A stretch of 64,000 bases of DNA, taken from contig CAVQRZ010000002.1 of assembly GCA_963715335.1 (NCBI GenBank), positions 1 through 64,000 on the forward strand. The letters are read 5' to 3'. Below the pieces are notes generated by a model. That model searched no databases, had not been told where the DNA came from, and saw nothing but the letters and a program-made list of their open reading frames with translations. Position numbers and translations under genes: made by a program. Origin of the DNA: an uncultured delta proteobacterium (GTDB taxonomy: Bacteria > Desulfobacterota > Desulfuromonadia > Desulfuromonadales > BM103). Positions 9,366-19,785 of this stretch are shown here, one piece after another (position 1 is the first letter of the stretch; each line of letters opens with the position of its first letter).

Positions 9366-10539
9366 TTACAAATCCTTCTGGTAAATCCGATACCGCTTGT
9401 AGGCATCACTGCTGATCAGCTCGATAATCTTTCGCATCCCCTTGTTTTGTTCGAGAATCCACGACATATCGACGTTCGGTAATGCCTTTCCGGCAGGCAT
9501 GTTCATGAATCGGGGCGATCGACATCAGGGCCAGGGCGGCACCCAGCATTGTCCCCTGGTAACGGCGCCTGACACCCATCAGCGGGACTCTCGACGACCT
9601 GGCCCCCGCAACCTTGAGCCGCCAGAGCAGTTTCAGCCAGCCAAACGGCAGAAGGCGGCCATTCAAATCCTTGATCATTTCATTGAGGTTGGGAAACATG
9701 ACCATCATGGCCACAGGTTCGCCGTCAACTTCAGCGATACTGACTGACTCCGGATCCACCAGAAATTTAAGATTTTTTCCCAATTCGGTGAATTCGGCCC
9801 GGGTAAAAGGAATGAATCCCCAGTTTTCCGACCAGGCATCTTCGAAAATATCCCGGATAATCTCGAGCTCTTCCCCAAAGCGGTCGCGCCGCAGCATGCG
9901 GACCTTGACGCGACTGGAGAACCTCTTGGTGAGGGGTTCAAGATGCGGCTGGTGGGCAAGCTTCGGGTCAGCCCGATAGGCCAACAGGTCCTGCTCTTTG
10001 ACATAGCCCTGTTCTTCCACGCGTTTGCCGTAATATGGTAAGGCGTGACCCATCATGATGGGTGGCGGGGTGTCAAAACCTTCAACCAGCAAACCACACT
10101 CATCGTTAATCGACAGGCTGAATGGCCCACGGATTCGCTGCATGCCCTTGTCTCTCAACCACGTTTCGGCAGTTTCGAACAGGGCACGGAAAGTCTCCGG
10201 ATCGTTCTCTGCCTCGAGGAACCCGAAAAAACCGGTGGCATCCTTGTGTTGCTGTAGGTGCAGCTGGTCAACCTGCGCGCTGATACGCCCGACCGTTCGA
10301 TCGCCGCGCCAGGCGATCCAGGCCTGAAACTCGGCATGTTCGAAGTAGGGATTCTTGCTGGAAAGATGCCACTTCCTCTCGACACGCAACGGCGGCACCC
10401 AACAAGGGTCTGCCGTATAAAGCGACCACGGCACCTCAATGAAACGGTCGGTCATGCGACGACCAGTAACCGGGACAATCCGCAAAGTCTCGTGACTCCT
10501 GCTTGCTTTCTCTATCGGTGTACGCATTGAATGACTCAA
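9366..10539 (-). CDS. bcerS: Bacterial ceramide synthase (tandem GNAT); one frameshift near 9475
   Basis: WVPPL, VGRISA, FFGFLE, RGPFSLSINDECGLLVEGF and AWSENWGF motifs. The C-terminus continues in another frame as DMSWILEQNKGM...YKRYRIYQKDL* (stop 9366). Linked to spt. Confidence 0.82.
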
Positions 10540-10691
10540 CAGGTTTGCCTGGTTGCAGAAATTTTGACCGCGCCTTGGAATTGAATAATACTCGATAGTC
10601 CGATACCATGTAAGAGATTTATGTTAAAAACTGCCTGTCTCCATAGATAACCAAATCAGTAAAACCGAATAAGCGCTGGAGAGGTGTTTCG

Positions 10692-11135
10692 ATGAACGCA
10701 ACGATGGAAAAATTCGGCTACCCAAAAACCCTGATTCAAGAGTATGAACATTGGGTCGTGCTGTTACGCCCTCAACAGGCAACCCTTGGCGCCCTTGTGC
10801 TCATCTGCAAGGAGGACGCCGTTGCCTTACCCAGCGTAAGTGCCGAGGCTTTTGCAGAGTTGAAAACGATAACGACCGTCATAGAATCCAGCCTCAAGGA
10901 GTGTTTTAACTATGACAAGATCAATTACCTGATGCTGATGATGGTTGATCCGGATGTGCACTTCCATATCCTGCCGCGTTACGCTGATTTGCAAATTTGG
11001 CAGAACGCGAAGTTTACTGATCCAGGTTGGCCGGGGCCGCCTGAACTGGGCCAAACCAACCAGGTCGGAGAGACTGTGAAACAGCACATGCAGGAAACTC
11101 TGCAAAACGCATTCTGCCGTCGATTCACGGCATGA
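10692..11135 (+). CDS. HIT-family hydrolase
   Basis: KINYLMLMMVDPDVHFHILPRY, a variant histidine triad (DxHxH). Confidence 0.85.
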   Translation: MNATMEKFGYPKTLIQEYEHWVVLLRPQQATLGALVLICKEDAVALPSVSAEAFAELKTITTVIESSLKECFNYDKINYLMLMMVDPDVHFHILPRYADLQIWQNAKFTDPGWPGPPELGQTNQVGETVKQHMQETLQNAFCRRFTA

Positions 11136-11310
11136 CGTTGACGCAATACGGCCACCATCGAGGGGTTCTGATCAAAGATTAATGCATGGCAACTCCACTG
11201 CGAAGTTTAGATCCCTTCCACTTTACGCACGCGCGGCTACGCAATCATTCAGGAACGTTGCAGAAAAACCACATTTGTGCGGTAAAAACACTACATTACG
11301 CATTTGTAAA

Positions 11311-11340
11311 TTGACAAGTAAATGCACATTTATATAGAAT
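11311..11340 (+). promoter_or_regulatory. Probable sigma70 promoter of the acyl-AMP ligase-cerR-acp-spt operon
   Basis: TTGACA-N18-TAGAAT in an AT-rich intergenic region about 75 bp upstream of the ATG. Confidence 0.55.
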
Positions 11341-11414
11341 ACGCGATGTTTACTGGATTGGCATTAATATTGCGTGTAAATTCCAGATCAAATACTGAAA
11401 ATGATTGAGTAAAA

Positions 11415-13229
11415 ATGAATCCTTCAAATCCGACACCAACTGCAAGCAAGGTTACACTGCGTACCGCCGACTTTTCAAACCTTGCTGAAGCGTTGGATTA
11501 CGCCGCTATGGGGGCGAGCGGATTCAACTTCTATAGCGGTCGCGGAGAACTCCGTACAGTTCTCACCTACACTGAATTACAGAGAGAAGCCAAGATCCTG
11601 GCAAAACGCCTGCACGGCCTGCATCTGGACAGGGGCTCACGGGTTGCCATCGTTGCTGAAACTCACCCTGATTTCCCGCGCTTCTTTTTTGCCTGCCAAT
11701 ACGCCGGTTATGTACCGGTTCCGCTCCCCGCCTCGATTCATCTCGGCGGTCACAATGCTTACGTCGAACAATTACGCGGGTTACTGGAAAAAAGCCAGTC
11801 AGCGATTGCGGTGGCTCCATCTGAATTCCTGCCCTTCCTGCTCGAGGCTGCTCAAGGCCTGGAACTGACACTCGTCGGTGCCCCCGGGACTTTTGACGAA
11901 CTCCCCGAACAGGACGTCGAACTGCTGCCACTGCAAGCCGGAGAAACTGCGTATCTCCAGTATACATCGGGCAGTACGCGTTTCCCGCGCGGGGTTATGG
12001 TCAGCGAGGCGGCAGTGATGCACAATCTCGCCGGGATACTCAACGATGGCCTTAAGGTCCGTAGCGGCGACAGGTGCGTATCCTGGCTTCCATACTACCA
12101 TGACATGGGGTTGATCGGGTTTGTCCTGGCACCAATGGCTGCGCAGCTTTCGGTTGATTTTCTCTCTACTCGCGACTTTGCCATGCGGCCGCGACTGTGG
12201 CTGAGCATGATGACCAACAACAGAGGGACGATTTCCTTCGCCCCGCCATTTGGTTATGAGCTGTGCACGCGCCGGCTTCGCCATGATGACACGGCACCGT
12301 ATGACCTCAGCGCCTGGCGCATAGCTGGCGTCGGTGCAGAAACGATTCGGGTCGAGGTCCTGGAGGCCTTCGTTGAAAAATTGGCCCCGTTTGGTTTCAA
12401 TGGCAAAAGTTTTGTTGCAAGTTACGGTATGGCTGAGTGCTCGCTCGCCGTCACCTTCGCCCAGATAGATCTGGGGGTCGTCGTCGATGAAGTCGATGCC
12501 GACAATTATCCGAGCAGCAGTGTGCCATCCCTGCTGTCGACATTCTGGATCCGGACCGTCACACCAAAAAGCTGGTCAACTGCGGAGCTCCGCTGCCCGG
12601 TCATGAGATTCAGGTCAGGAATGAGCACGGTGAAACCCTGCCGGACCGGCAATGTGGAACAATCCACGTGCGCGGACCAAGCGTAATGACCGGCTATTTG
12701 GGTGACCCTGTTGCGACTGCAGAGGCTCTTTCCGACAGATGGCTGGCTGAACACAGGTGATATTGGCTACATGATCGACGGGACTTTGGTGATCACCGGT
12801 CGCGAAAAAGACATGATCATCATCAATGGTCGCAACATCTGGCCACAGGACCTCGAATTTCTTGCTGAGCAGCAGCCCGAAGTCAGGCCCGGTGATTCAT
12901 CGGCCATATCCATATCGGCAGAGGACGGTTCAGAAACTGCCGTCATGGTCGTCCAGTACCGTGAAACGGATGAAAACAAGCGGAGCCAGTTGTCAGCCCG
13001 GATCGCTTCTGTCGTTCGGGAGGAATTGGGCATTGACTGCAAGATCGAACTTGTCTCCGCACACACCCTTCCCCGCACCTCATCTGGAAAACTTTCCCGT
13101 GCCGGCACTCGGCGCGACTATCTGAAGCGGCAGTCAGAAAAGAGCCTGCTGCGGATTGAACCCGCGCACGAAGAGTGCTCAAGCCATGATGAGGCATCGG
13201 ATTTGCGCACCGCAAATATTGCCCGCTAA
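11415..13229 (+). CDS. Fatty acyl-AMP ligase / acyl-ACP synthetase; frameshifts near 12505 and 12725
   Basis: YLQYTSGSTRFPRGV, SWLPYYHDMGLIG and SYGMAE in ORF 11415..12686; WLNTGDIG, GREKDMII and PRTSSGK in ORF 12702..13229. Confidence 0.88.
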
Positions 13230-13266
13230 ATAAAACCTTGGAACTCACCGCAAAACGATCTCAGTT

Positions 13267-14187
13267 GTGCTCACAGTAGCGATCACCGGAGCAACAGGCT
13301 TTATCGGCAACGCCTTGCTCAGACATTTAGTGGAGCAAGGCTTTCAGGTCAGAGCCTTATACCGCCCGGCCTCCACCCCTCGCCCCGACCAGGCCGATTC
13401 TGTGCAATGGCAGCCCGGTGACCTTGATGATATTGAGAGCCTGCGGGTTCTGGTTGCAGGTGTCGATGCGATTGTTCATTGCGCCGGCGCCGTGCGCGGG
13501 ACTTCATTGCAACAATTCGAAAAAACCAATACCGCAGGGGTCACACACCTGCTCGAAGCGGCCGTGGAACAGAAGGTCCCCCGCTTCCTCCTGATGTCAT
13601 CCCTTGCTGCTCGTGAACCGTCTCTGTCCGCCTACGCATCAAGCAAAAGATCAGGCGAAGTGGCCCTGGGCAGGTATCGGGACAGGATCTCCTGTGACAT
13701 ACTGCGGCCTCCTGCGGTTTATGGCCCGGGAGACCGTGAGATGCTGCCCCTGCTGCAATTGATCAAGCGCGGCGTTGTTCCCATTCTCGGCGGAAAAGAC
13801 AGCAGGTTCTCGTTGCTACACGTCGACGACCTGGTGGCTGCGGTGAGTTCCCTGCTGCGCTCTGGACCCGCACCGGAATGTCGATGTTTTGAGTTGCATG
13901 ACGGGCATCCTGATGGCTATACTTGGCGGCAGATTGTGACGATTGCTACTCATCTGAATGGTAAGAAGCCTCGCTGTCTTGCAATCCCCCGGTCATTGCT
14001 GCAGATTATTGCTAAGGCTAATTCCGGCTTGGCGCGCTTGATTGGCTATCGGCCGATGCTGACACCGGGAAAAGTCAGGGAATTCTTCCACCCGGACTGG
14101 GTTTGTGACAATACCGCGATCTCTGCGGCAACTGATTGGCGGCCACAGGTCTCGTTCAGTGAGGGAATGCAGCGTCTTTTCCCTTAA
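13267..14187 (+). CDS. cerR: NAD-dependent epimerase/dehydratase-like SDR; probable ceramide reductase
   Basis: TGATGFIG, SS and YASSK (YxxxK), RPPAVYGPGD; lies between the ligase and acp-spt. Confidence 0.78.
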   Translation: MLTVAITGATGFIGNALLRHLVEQGFQVRALYRPASTPRPDQADSVQWQPGDLDDIESLRVLVAGVDAIVHCAGAVRGTSLQQFEKTNTAGVTHLLEAAVEQKVPRFLLMSSLAAREPSLSAYASSKRSGEVALGRYRDRISCDILRPPAVYGPGDREMLPLLQLIKRGVVPILGGKDSRFSLLHVDDLVAAVSSLLRSGPAPECRCFELHDGHPDGYTWRQIVTIATHLNGKKPRCLAIPRSLLQIIAKANSGLARLIGYRPMLTPGKVREFFHPDWVCDNTAISAATDWRPQVSFSEGMQRLFP

Positions 14188-14208
14188 AAGACTGGAGTTT
14201 CACCGATT

Positions 14209-14463
14209 ATGGCAACAACCCGGTATGATGATATTTACAAACAGGTCGTCGAGCTTCTCCAGCAATATGCACCGAAACCGGTGCCGATTCAGGAAGAGAC
14301 GGAACTGATTAACGATCTGGGGTTTGATTCACTCAGAGTCATGGAAATGCTTCATGACGTCGAAGATGCTTTCGACATAACCTACCCCTTGAACAGCCTG
14401 TCAGACCTTCGTACTGTTAAAGGTTTTGCAGAGCAAATTCAGCACATTATAGAGACAAGTTAA
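14209..14463 (+). CDS. Acyl carrier protein
   Basis: Small acidic protein with DLGFDSL phosphopantetheine site; its stop overlaps the spt start (TAATG). Confidence 0.93.
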   Translation: MATTRYDDIYKQVVELLQQYAPKPVPIQEETELINDLGFDSLRVMEMLHDVEDAFDITYPLNSLSDLRTVKGFAEQIQHIIETS

Positions 14464-15656
14464 TGGGAATTATTGATAAATTACACGCTGTTGCAGACAC
14501 CCGAAAGGCGCTTTTCCCTGCCGGGGTAGACCCACTCAATGTCGTTATCGACGAAATTTACTCCGCGACCGAAGCTTCTATCAGCGGACAGCGAGTCCTC
14601 CTCGCCGGGACCAACAACTACCTTGGCCTGACCTTTGACCAGCAGTGCGTTAAAGCCGCACAGTTGAGCCTGGAGAAGGAGGGGACCGGCACGACCGGCT
14701 CGCGTATGGCCAACGGCACTTTTGCCGGGCACCGTGACCTGGAAAAGGAACTGGCCGGTTTCTATGGTCGCAGCAATGCGATCGTCTTCTCGACCGGCTT
14801 TGTTGCCAACCTCGGCGTTATTTCCACCCTCGCCGGGCCTGGCGACATCATTGTTCTGGACGCCGACTCGCACGCAAGCATCTACGACGCGTGCAAGATG
14901 AGCGGCGCCGAGATGATCCGTTTCCGTCACAACAACCTCGAAGACCTGGAAAAAAAGCTCAAGCGTCTGGGGTCGAAGACTGAAAAGACCCTGATTATTG
15001 TGGAGGGTATCTACAGCATGCTGGGCGACTGTGCGCCGCTGGCCGAGATTGCTGCCCTGAAGAAAAAGTACGGGGCATGGCTGCTGGTTGACGAGGCACA
15101 CTCTCTGGGAGTTATGGGTGACCACGGGCGTGGCATGGCCGAAGCAGCCGGCGTGGAAGATGATGTCGACTTCATCGTCGGCACCTTCAGCAAGAGCCTG
15201 GGCGCCATAGGCGGATATTGCGTCAGCAACCACCCGGAGCTGGACCTGGTCCGCTATATCTGCAGATCTTACGTGTTTACAGCATCACCATCCCCCTCGA
15301 CGATCGCTTCTGTTCGCGAAGCCCTGAAAGTCATAGCATCGAAACCGGAACTGCGCACTCGTCTATGGGACAACGCTACCCTCTTATATCATGGCCTTAA
15401 AGAGCTGGGCTTTGAACTCGGGCCAGACCTCAGCCCGATCGTCGCGATCAGGGCGCCGTCGAGAGAACAGACCCTGTTCGCCTGGAAGTCGCTGCTCGAC
15501 AAGGGGGTCTATGTCAACCTGGTCTTCCCGCCTGCAGCACCGGCGGGGATGAGCCTGCTGCGTTGCAGTATCAGCGCCGCCCACACACCCGAACAGATCA
15601 ATGTCCTTCTTCAGGCATTTGCCGAGATCAAGGCAATGATGGCAGAACAGGAGTAG
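14463..15656 (+). CDS. spt: Serine palmitoyltransferase (alpha-oxoamine synthase)
   Basis: GTNNYLGL, GTGTTGSRMANGT, DSHASI, DEAHS and GTFSKS (PLP lysine); coupled to ACP and not in a biotin operon. Confidence 0.9.
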   Translation: MGIIDKLHAVADTRKALFPAGVDPLNVVIDEIYSATEASISGQRVLLAGTNNYLGLTFDQQCVKAAQLSLEKEGTGTTGSRMANGTFAGHRDLEKELAGFYGRSNAIVFSTGFVANLGVISTLAGPGDIIVLDADSHASIYDACKMSGAEMIRFRHNNLEDLEKKLKRLGSKTEKTLIIVEGIYSMLGDCAPLAEIAALKKKYGAWLLVDEAHSLGVMGDHGRGMAEAAGVEDDVDFIVGTFSKSLGAIGGYCVSNHPELDLVRYICRSYVFTASPSPSTIASVREALKVIASKPELRTRLWDNATLLYHGLKELGFELGPDLSPIVAIRAPSREQTLFAWKSLLDKGVYVNLVFPPAAPAGMSLLRCSISAAHTPEQINVLLQAFAEIKAMMAEQE

Positions 15657-15663
15657 GCTGCTA

Positions 15664-17031
15664 ATGGCAGCATCACCCTCAACGATAATCATGCCGGTTG
15701 AAAACCAGGTGCGAGAGATGGACGCCAAGGTCCTGCTCTCGTGCGTAGCCGCCGAGCGAGGCTACCCCGTCCTGATCGGATCCCGTGCGTATATCCATTT
15801 CAAAACGGCCTCAGTGCCGCGCGGTGTCTACATGGCGAAAAGCATGAAGACTCGCAGCGACCGCATGTTCAAAATTCTCAACCAGCTCGGACACGACATC
15901 CTGGCCTGGGACGAAGAGGGCCTTCTGCGTGAGCCTGACGCCATCTACCATCGCTGGAGGCTGTCCGCCGTGGCGATGCAGCGCATTGCCCGCCTGACGA
16001 CCTGGGGTGAAGACAACGCCCGGGCCTTTCGTTCGTTCAGTGGCTGCGGCAACGCACCGATTGTGAATACCGGCAACCCGAGGATCGACTTGCTGCGTCC
16101 TGAACTACGCGAATTCTACCGCCCTGGGGCGGACGCCATACGCAAGCAATACGGCAACTTCATTCTCATCAATACCAATTTCAGCAAAGTCAACCACTTC
16201 TACGTGCAACTTGGCGAGCTGAAACAAGCCGCCGAGACGAAGAGATTGGGCAAGGTCAACCCTTACGACGCCGGCAAGGGCCGCCATAAACTGGCTCTTT
16301 TTGAACACTTTCAAAAAATGCTGCCGATTTTTTGTGATTCATTTGCCGACCATACGGTTATTTTACGTCCTCATCCCTCTGAAAGCCATGACGTGTGGAA
16401 TGAGATTGCCAGGGCTCACCCCAACCTGATCATTACCAACGAAGGCAACGTCCACCCCTGGCTGATGGCTGCCAAAGTTGTGGTCGCCAATGGCTGCACG
16501 ACCCTCGTCGAGTCTGCAATCCTTGGCAGGCCAGGGGTGAACTTTGAACCGCTCACCGTCGATGAGTACGATTTCCCGATTACCCGTGACGTCAGCCGGC
16601 GGGTTTTCACTGTCGAAGAACTCCTGGCGACCGTGCGGGCGATTGTCGATGGCAAGATCGGCCCGCTCGACTGGGACGTGCGAAAAGCGGCCCTGGAACC
16701 GCATATCGCTGCCCTGGAAGGACGTCTTGCCGCTGACCGGATCGTCGATGTTCTCGATGAGGCCGGCTACCGCGAAGGTCCGCCGCCAGCGCCAAGCATG
16801 TCAGATCGTTTCAGCGGATGGTCCCAGACACATTTGCGGACTATCGAGAAACGCATCAACATGCGGCGGCCCGGTCATCGCAACAATATCACCCTGCACG
16901 ACCACCGCTACCCCGGGATAACGGCGGATGAAATGCTGGCGATGATCGATCGTTTCGGCAAGCTTCTGGACCGGTTCCATGACCTCAAGGTCAAAAAGCA
17001 TTCACAGCATCTATACTGGATTTACCAATAG
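15664..17031 (+). CDS. Surface carbohydrate biosynthesis protein; probable GT-B nucleotide-monophosphate-sugar transferase
   Basis: PVENQVREMDAK, WDEEG, TGNPRIDLL, ILRPHPSE and GCTTLVES motifs. Confidence 0.65.
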   Translation: MAASPSTIIMPVENQVREMDAKVLLSCVAAERGYPVLIGSRAYIHFKTASVPRGVYMAKSMKTRSDRMFKILNQLGHDILAWDEEGLLREPDAIYHRWRLSAVAMQRIARLTTWGEDNARAFRSFSGCGNAPIVNTGNPRIDLLRPELREFYRPGADAIRKQYGNFILINTNFSKVNHFYVQLGELKQAAETKRLGKVNPYDAGKGRHKLALFEHFQKMLPIFCDSFADHTVILRPHPSESHDVWNEIARAHPNLIITNEGNVHPWLMAAKVVVANGCTTLVESAILGRPGVNFEPLTVDEYDFPITRDVSRRVFTVEELLATVRAIVDGKIGPLDWDVRKAALEPHIAALEGRLAADRIVDVLDEAGYREGPPPAPSMSDRFSGWSQTHLRTIEKRINMRRPGHRNNITLHDHRYPGITADEMLAMIDRFGKLLDRFHDLKVKKHSQHLYWIYQ

Positions 17032-17117
17032 TCGTCATTAGATACTCAACGCAAACGGCGGAAGGCTAAAACGGTTTGATCTGCCCTCTGCCCGGGAATA
17101 CTTTTTTGGGAGAAACC

Positions 17118-18209
17118 ATGTACAACGTAAAGATTTATGGCGCCGGCTCCATCGGCAACCACCTGGCCAACGCGTCGCGCCGAATGGGCTGGGACGTGAC
17201 AATCTGCGACCTGGATGCCGCTGCGCTGCGACGGACCAGGGAAGAGATTTACCCGGCACGCTACGGCCGGTGGGATGAATCGATCCGGCTTTGTACTGCG
17301 GCTGAAGCCCCTCGCGAGGGCTTTGACCTGATCTTCATCGGCACCCCGCCCGATTCACACATGAACCTCGCTATCCAGGCGATTGCCGAAAAGCCGAAGG
17401 CCGTGCTGGTCGAGAAACCGCTTTGCACTCCGAAAATGGAGAAGGCCGACGAGCTGTACAGCCTGGCCCGGCAAACCGGCGTCGAGGTTTTCGTTGGCTA
17501 CAACCACGTCGTCAGCTCTGTTGCCGACAAGGCGATCGAGCTCATCCCGCACCTGGGGGCGGCTGAAACCCTTGACGTTGAATTCCGCGAACATTGGGGC
17601 GGGATTTTCACCGCTCACCCCTGGCTCGACGGGCCACAGGACAGCTACCTGGGTTTCTGGCAGAAAGGCGGCGGTGCCAGCGGCGAGCATTCCCACGCCA
17701 TCAACCTCTGGCAGCACCTGGCGCGCAGCCTGGGAGCCGGGCGTGTCACCGAGGTTGATGCGAGCCTGGAATACGTCAAAACCGACCTTGTCGACTACGA
17801 CAAGCTCTGCCTGCTCAACCTGCGCACTGAAAACGGTCTGGTCGGACGCGTGGTCCAGGACGTGGTCACCCGACCTGCACGAAAATGGGGCCGCATCCAG
17901 GGCAAGGACGGCTACATCGACATCACGATCGGCAGCGAAGACCGAATCCAGTGGCAGTACGGCAGCAACCCGAAAGAAGAGATGGTCTTCAAAAAAACCC
18001 GCCCGGACGACTTTATCGCCGAGCTCAAGCACGTTGAGACAGTCCTCAAGGGGAGACCAGATAAAAGCTCGATTTCGCTGGAGTGCGGTCTCGATACCAT
18101 GCTGATCGTCGCCGCCGCGCACCTGGCAAACAGTCACGGCAGACGGGTTTTGATCGACTATGCCAAAGGCTACTCTCTCGATGCACTGACGGTCGCATCG
18201 AAACAATAA
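17118..18209 (+). CDS. Gfo/Idh/MocA-family oxidoreductase
   Basis: GAGSIG, TPPDSH, VEKP and VGYNH; start set at ATG 17118 after GGGAGA. Confidence 0.88.
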   Translation: MYNVKIYGAGSIGNHLANASRRMGWDVTICDLDAAALRRTREEIYPARYGRWDESIRLCTAAEAPREGFDLIFIGTPPDSHMNLAIQAIAEKPKAVLVEKPLCTPKMEKADELYSLARQTGVEVFVGYNHVVSSVADKAIELIPHLGAAETLDVEFREHWGGIFTAHPWLDGPQDSYLGFWQKGGGASGEHSHAINLWQHLARSLGAGRVTEVDASLEYVKTDLVDYDKLCLLNLRTENGLVGRVVQDVVTRPARKWGRIQGKDGYIDITIGSEDRIQWQYGSNPKEEMVFKKTRPDDFIAELKHVETVLKGRPDKSSISLECGLDTMLIVAAAHLANSHGRRVLIDYAKGYSLDALTVASKQ

Positions 18210-18221
18210 ACGGAGGACAAT

Positions 18222-19769
18222 GTGAACAAGAAATTTGACTTTAGAGATCTCCTGATCCTGGACATGGCCAACAACCACCAGGGTGACGTGGAGCACGGGC
18301 TCAATATTGTTCGTTCCTTCGCCAAGGTCGTCAAGGATTGCAACGCGCGTGCCGCACTGAAATTCCAGTTCCGCCAACTCGATACCTTCATTCACCAGGA
18401 GCACCAGAAGAACAGCGACCACAAGCAGGTCCAGCGCTTCCTGTCGACGCGCCTGCCCTGGGACAAATTCCAGAGGCTGCTCGACGAGGTCCGTGCCCAG
18501 GGCATGGTCACCATGTGTACACCTTTTGACGAGGCCTCGGTCGACATCATCTGCGATATGGGTTTCGATGTGATCAAGGTGGCAAGTTGCTCGGGCAAAG
18601 ACTGGCCCCTCCTCGAAAAAGTTGCCGATGCCGACAAACCGGTGATTTTTTCGACCGGCGGCCTGACCCTGCGTGACATAGACAACCTGGTCAGCTTCTT
18701 CCAGCACCGGGGGGTTCATTTCGCTATCATGCACTGCGTAGCGATCTACCCGACCCCCGACGCGAACATGAACATGCGTCAGATCGCCCTGTTGAAAAAC
18801 CGCTATCCGGGCATTCATGTCGGCTGGTCCACCCACGAATCGCCATCGGACATGACCCCCGTGCAGCTGGCTGTCGCCCTGGGCGCAGAGCTGTTTGAGC
18901 GCCATGTCGGGATTGCGACGAAAGACTCACCACTCAATGCTTATTCATCGACACCGGAGCAGATCGGCGAATGGATCGTTGCCAAGCAGAGGGCCCAGGT
19001 GCTGTGTGGGCCAAAGCAACGCCAGCCGGCTTCTGACGCTGAACAGAACGCCATCGATGGCCTGAAGCGCGGGGTTTATGCCAGGCGCAAGATCCGCAAG
19101 GGCGCCGTGATCGAAAGTGACCAGGTTTACTTCGCCATCCCTTATACCGACGGACAGCTCGATAGCGGCAAATTCAGGCCGGGCATCGTCAGCAAGGGCG
19201 ATGTCGCTGCAAACAAGCCGATTTTCGAGGACAAGGTCGCCCTGCCCGGCTCTGAAGACGAGCTGGTGATCAAGCATGCAGTCCATGAGGTCAAAGCGAT
19301 GCTCAACGAAGCGAGAATTCACCTCGGCCCGGAGTTCAAGGTCGAATACTCGCATCATTACGGGATTCCGAAGTTCCTTGAGACCGGTGCGGTCCTGATC
19401 GAATGCGTCACCCGTGACTACTGCAAAAAGCTTGTCGTGCAGTTGCCCGGCCAGAAGCATCCATCCCACTATCACGCTCTGAAAGAAGAAACCTTCCAGG
19501 TGCTCTACGGGCAGCTGGAATGCACCGTTGATGGTCATCACCGGACGCTCGTGCCCGGTGAAAGCGTGGTTGTCATGCCGGGGGTCTGGCACTCGTTCGG
19601 CACTGAAGACGGCGTCATCTTCGAGGAGATTTCCAGCCGTGATCACGACAACGACTCTTTCTACGAGGACAAGAGCATCAACAAACTGTCCAGGGCAGAG
19701 AGAAAGACCGTTGTCGACCACTGGGGACGTTTTCAGATCAAGGCCATGACGGGTCAGACCAAGGCCTGA
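18222..19769 (+). CDS. neuB: NeuB-family ulosonic acid synthase with SAF domain and C-terminal cupin
   Basis: MANNHQG, KFQ, CTPFD, KVAS, STGG, HCVAIYP and ERH; SAF-like KRGVYARRKI; cupin HPSHYH..KEETF...PGVWHSF. Confidence 0.88.
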   Translation: MNKKFDFRDLLILDMANNHQGDVEHGLNIVRSFAKVVKDCNARAALKFQFRQLDTFIHQEHQKNSDHKQVQRFLSTRLPWDKFQRLLDEVRAQGMVTMCTPFDEASVDIICDMGFDVIKVASCSGKDWPLLEKVADADKPVIFSTGGLTLRDIDNLVSFFQHRGVHFAIMHCVAIYPTPDANMNMRQIALLKNRYPGIHVGWSTHESPSDMTPVQLAVALGAELFERHVGIATKDSPLNAYSSTPEQIGEWIVAKQRAQVLCGPKQRQPASDAEQNAIDGLKRGVYARRKIRKGAVIESDQVYFAIPYTDGQLDSGKFRPGIVSKGDVAANKPIFEDKVALPGSEDELVIKHAVHEVKAMLNEARIHLGPEFKVEYSHHYGIPKFLETGAVLIECVTRDYCKKLVVQLPGQKHPSHYHALKEETFQVLYGQLECTVDGHHRTLVPGESVVVMPGVWHSFGTEDGVIFEEISSRDHDNDSFYEDKSINKLSRAERKTVVDHWGRFQIKAMTGQTKA

Positions 19770-19785
19770 TTGGGGACATCCCGGC

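Noticed and set aside
14463..15656. BioF or Kbl instead of Spt
   Set aside because: The GTTGSRMANGT motif, translational coupling to ACP and linkage to bCerS- and CerR-like genes fit Spt; no bio or tdh genes are nearby.
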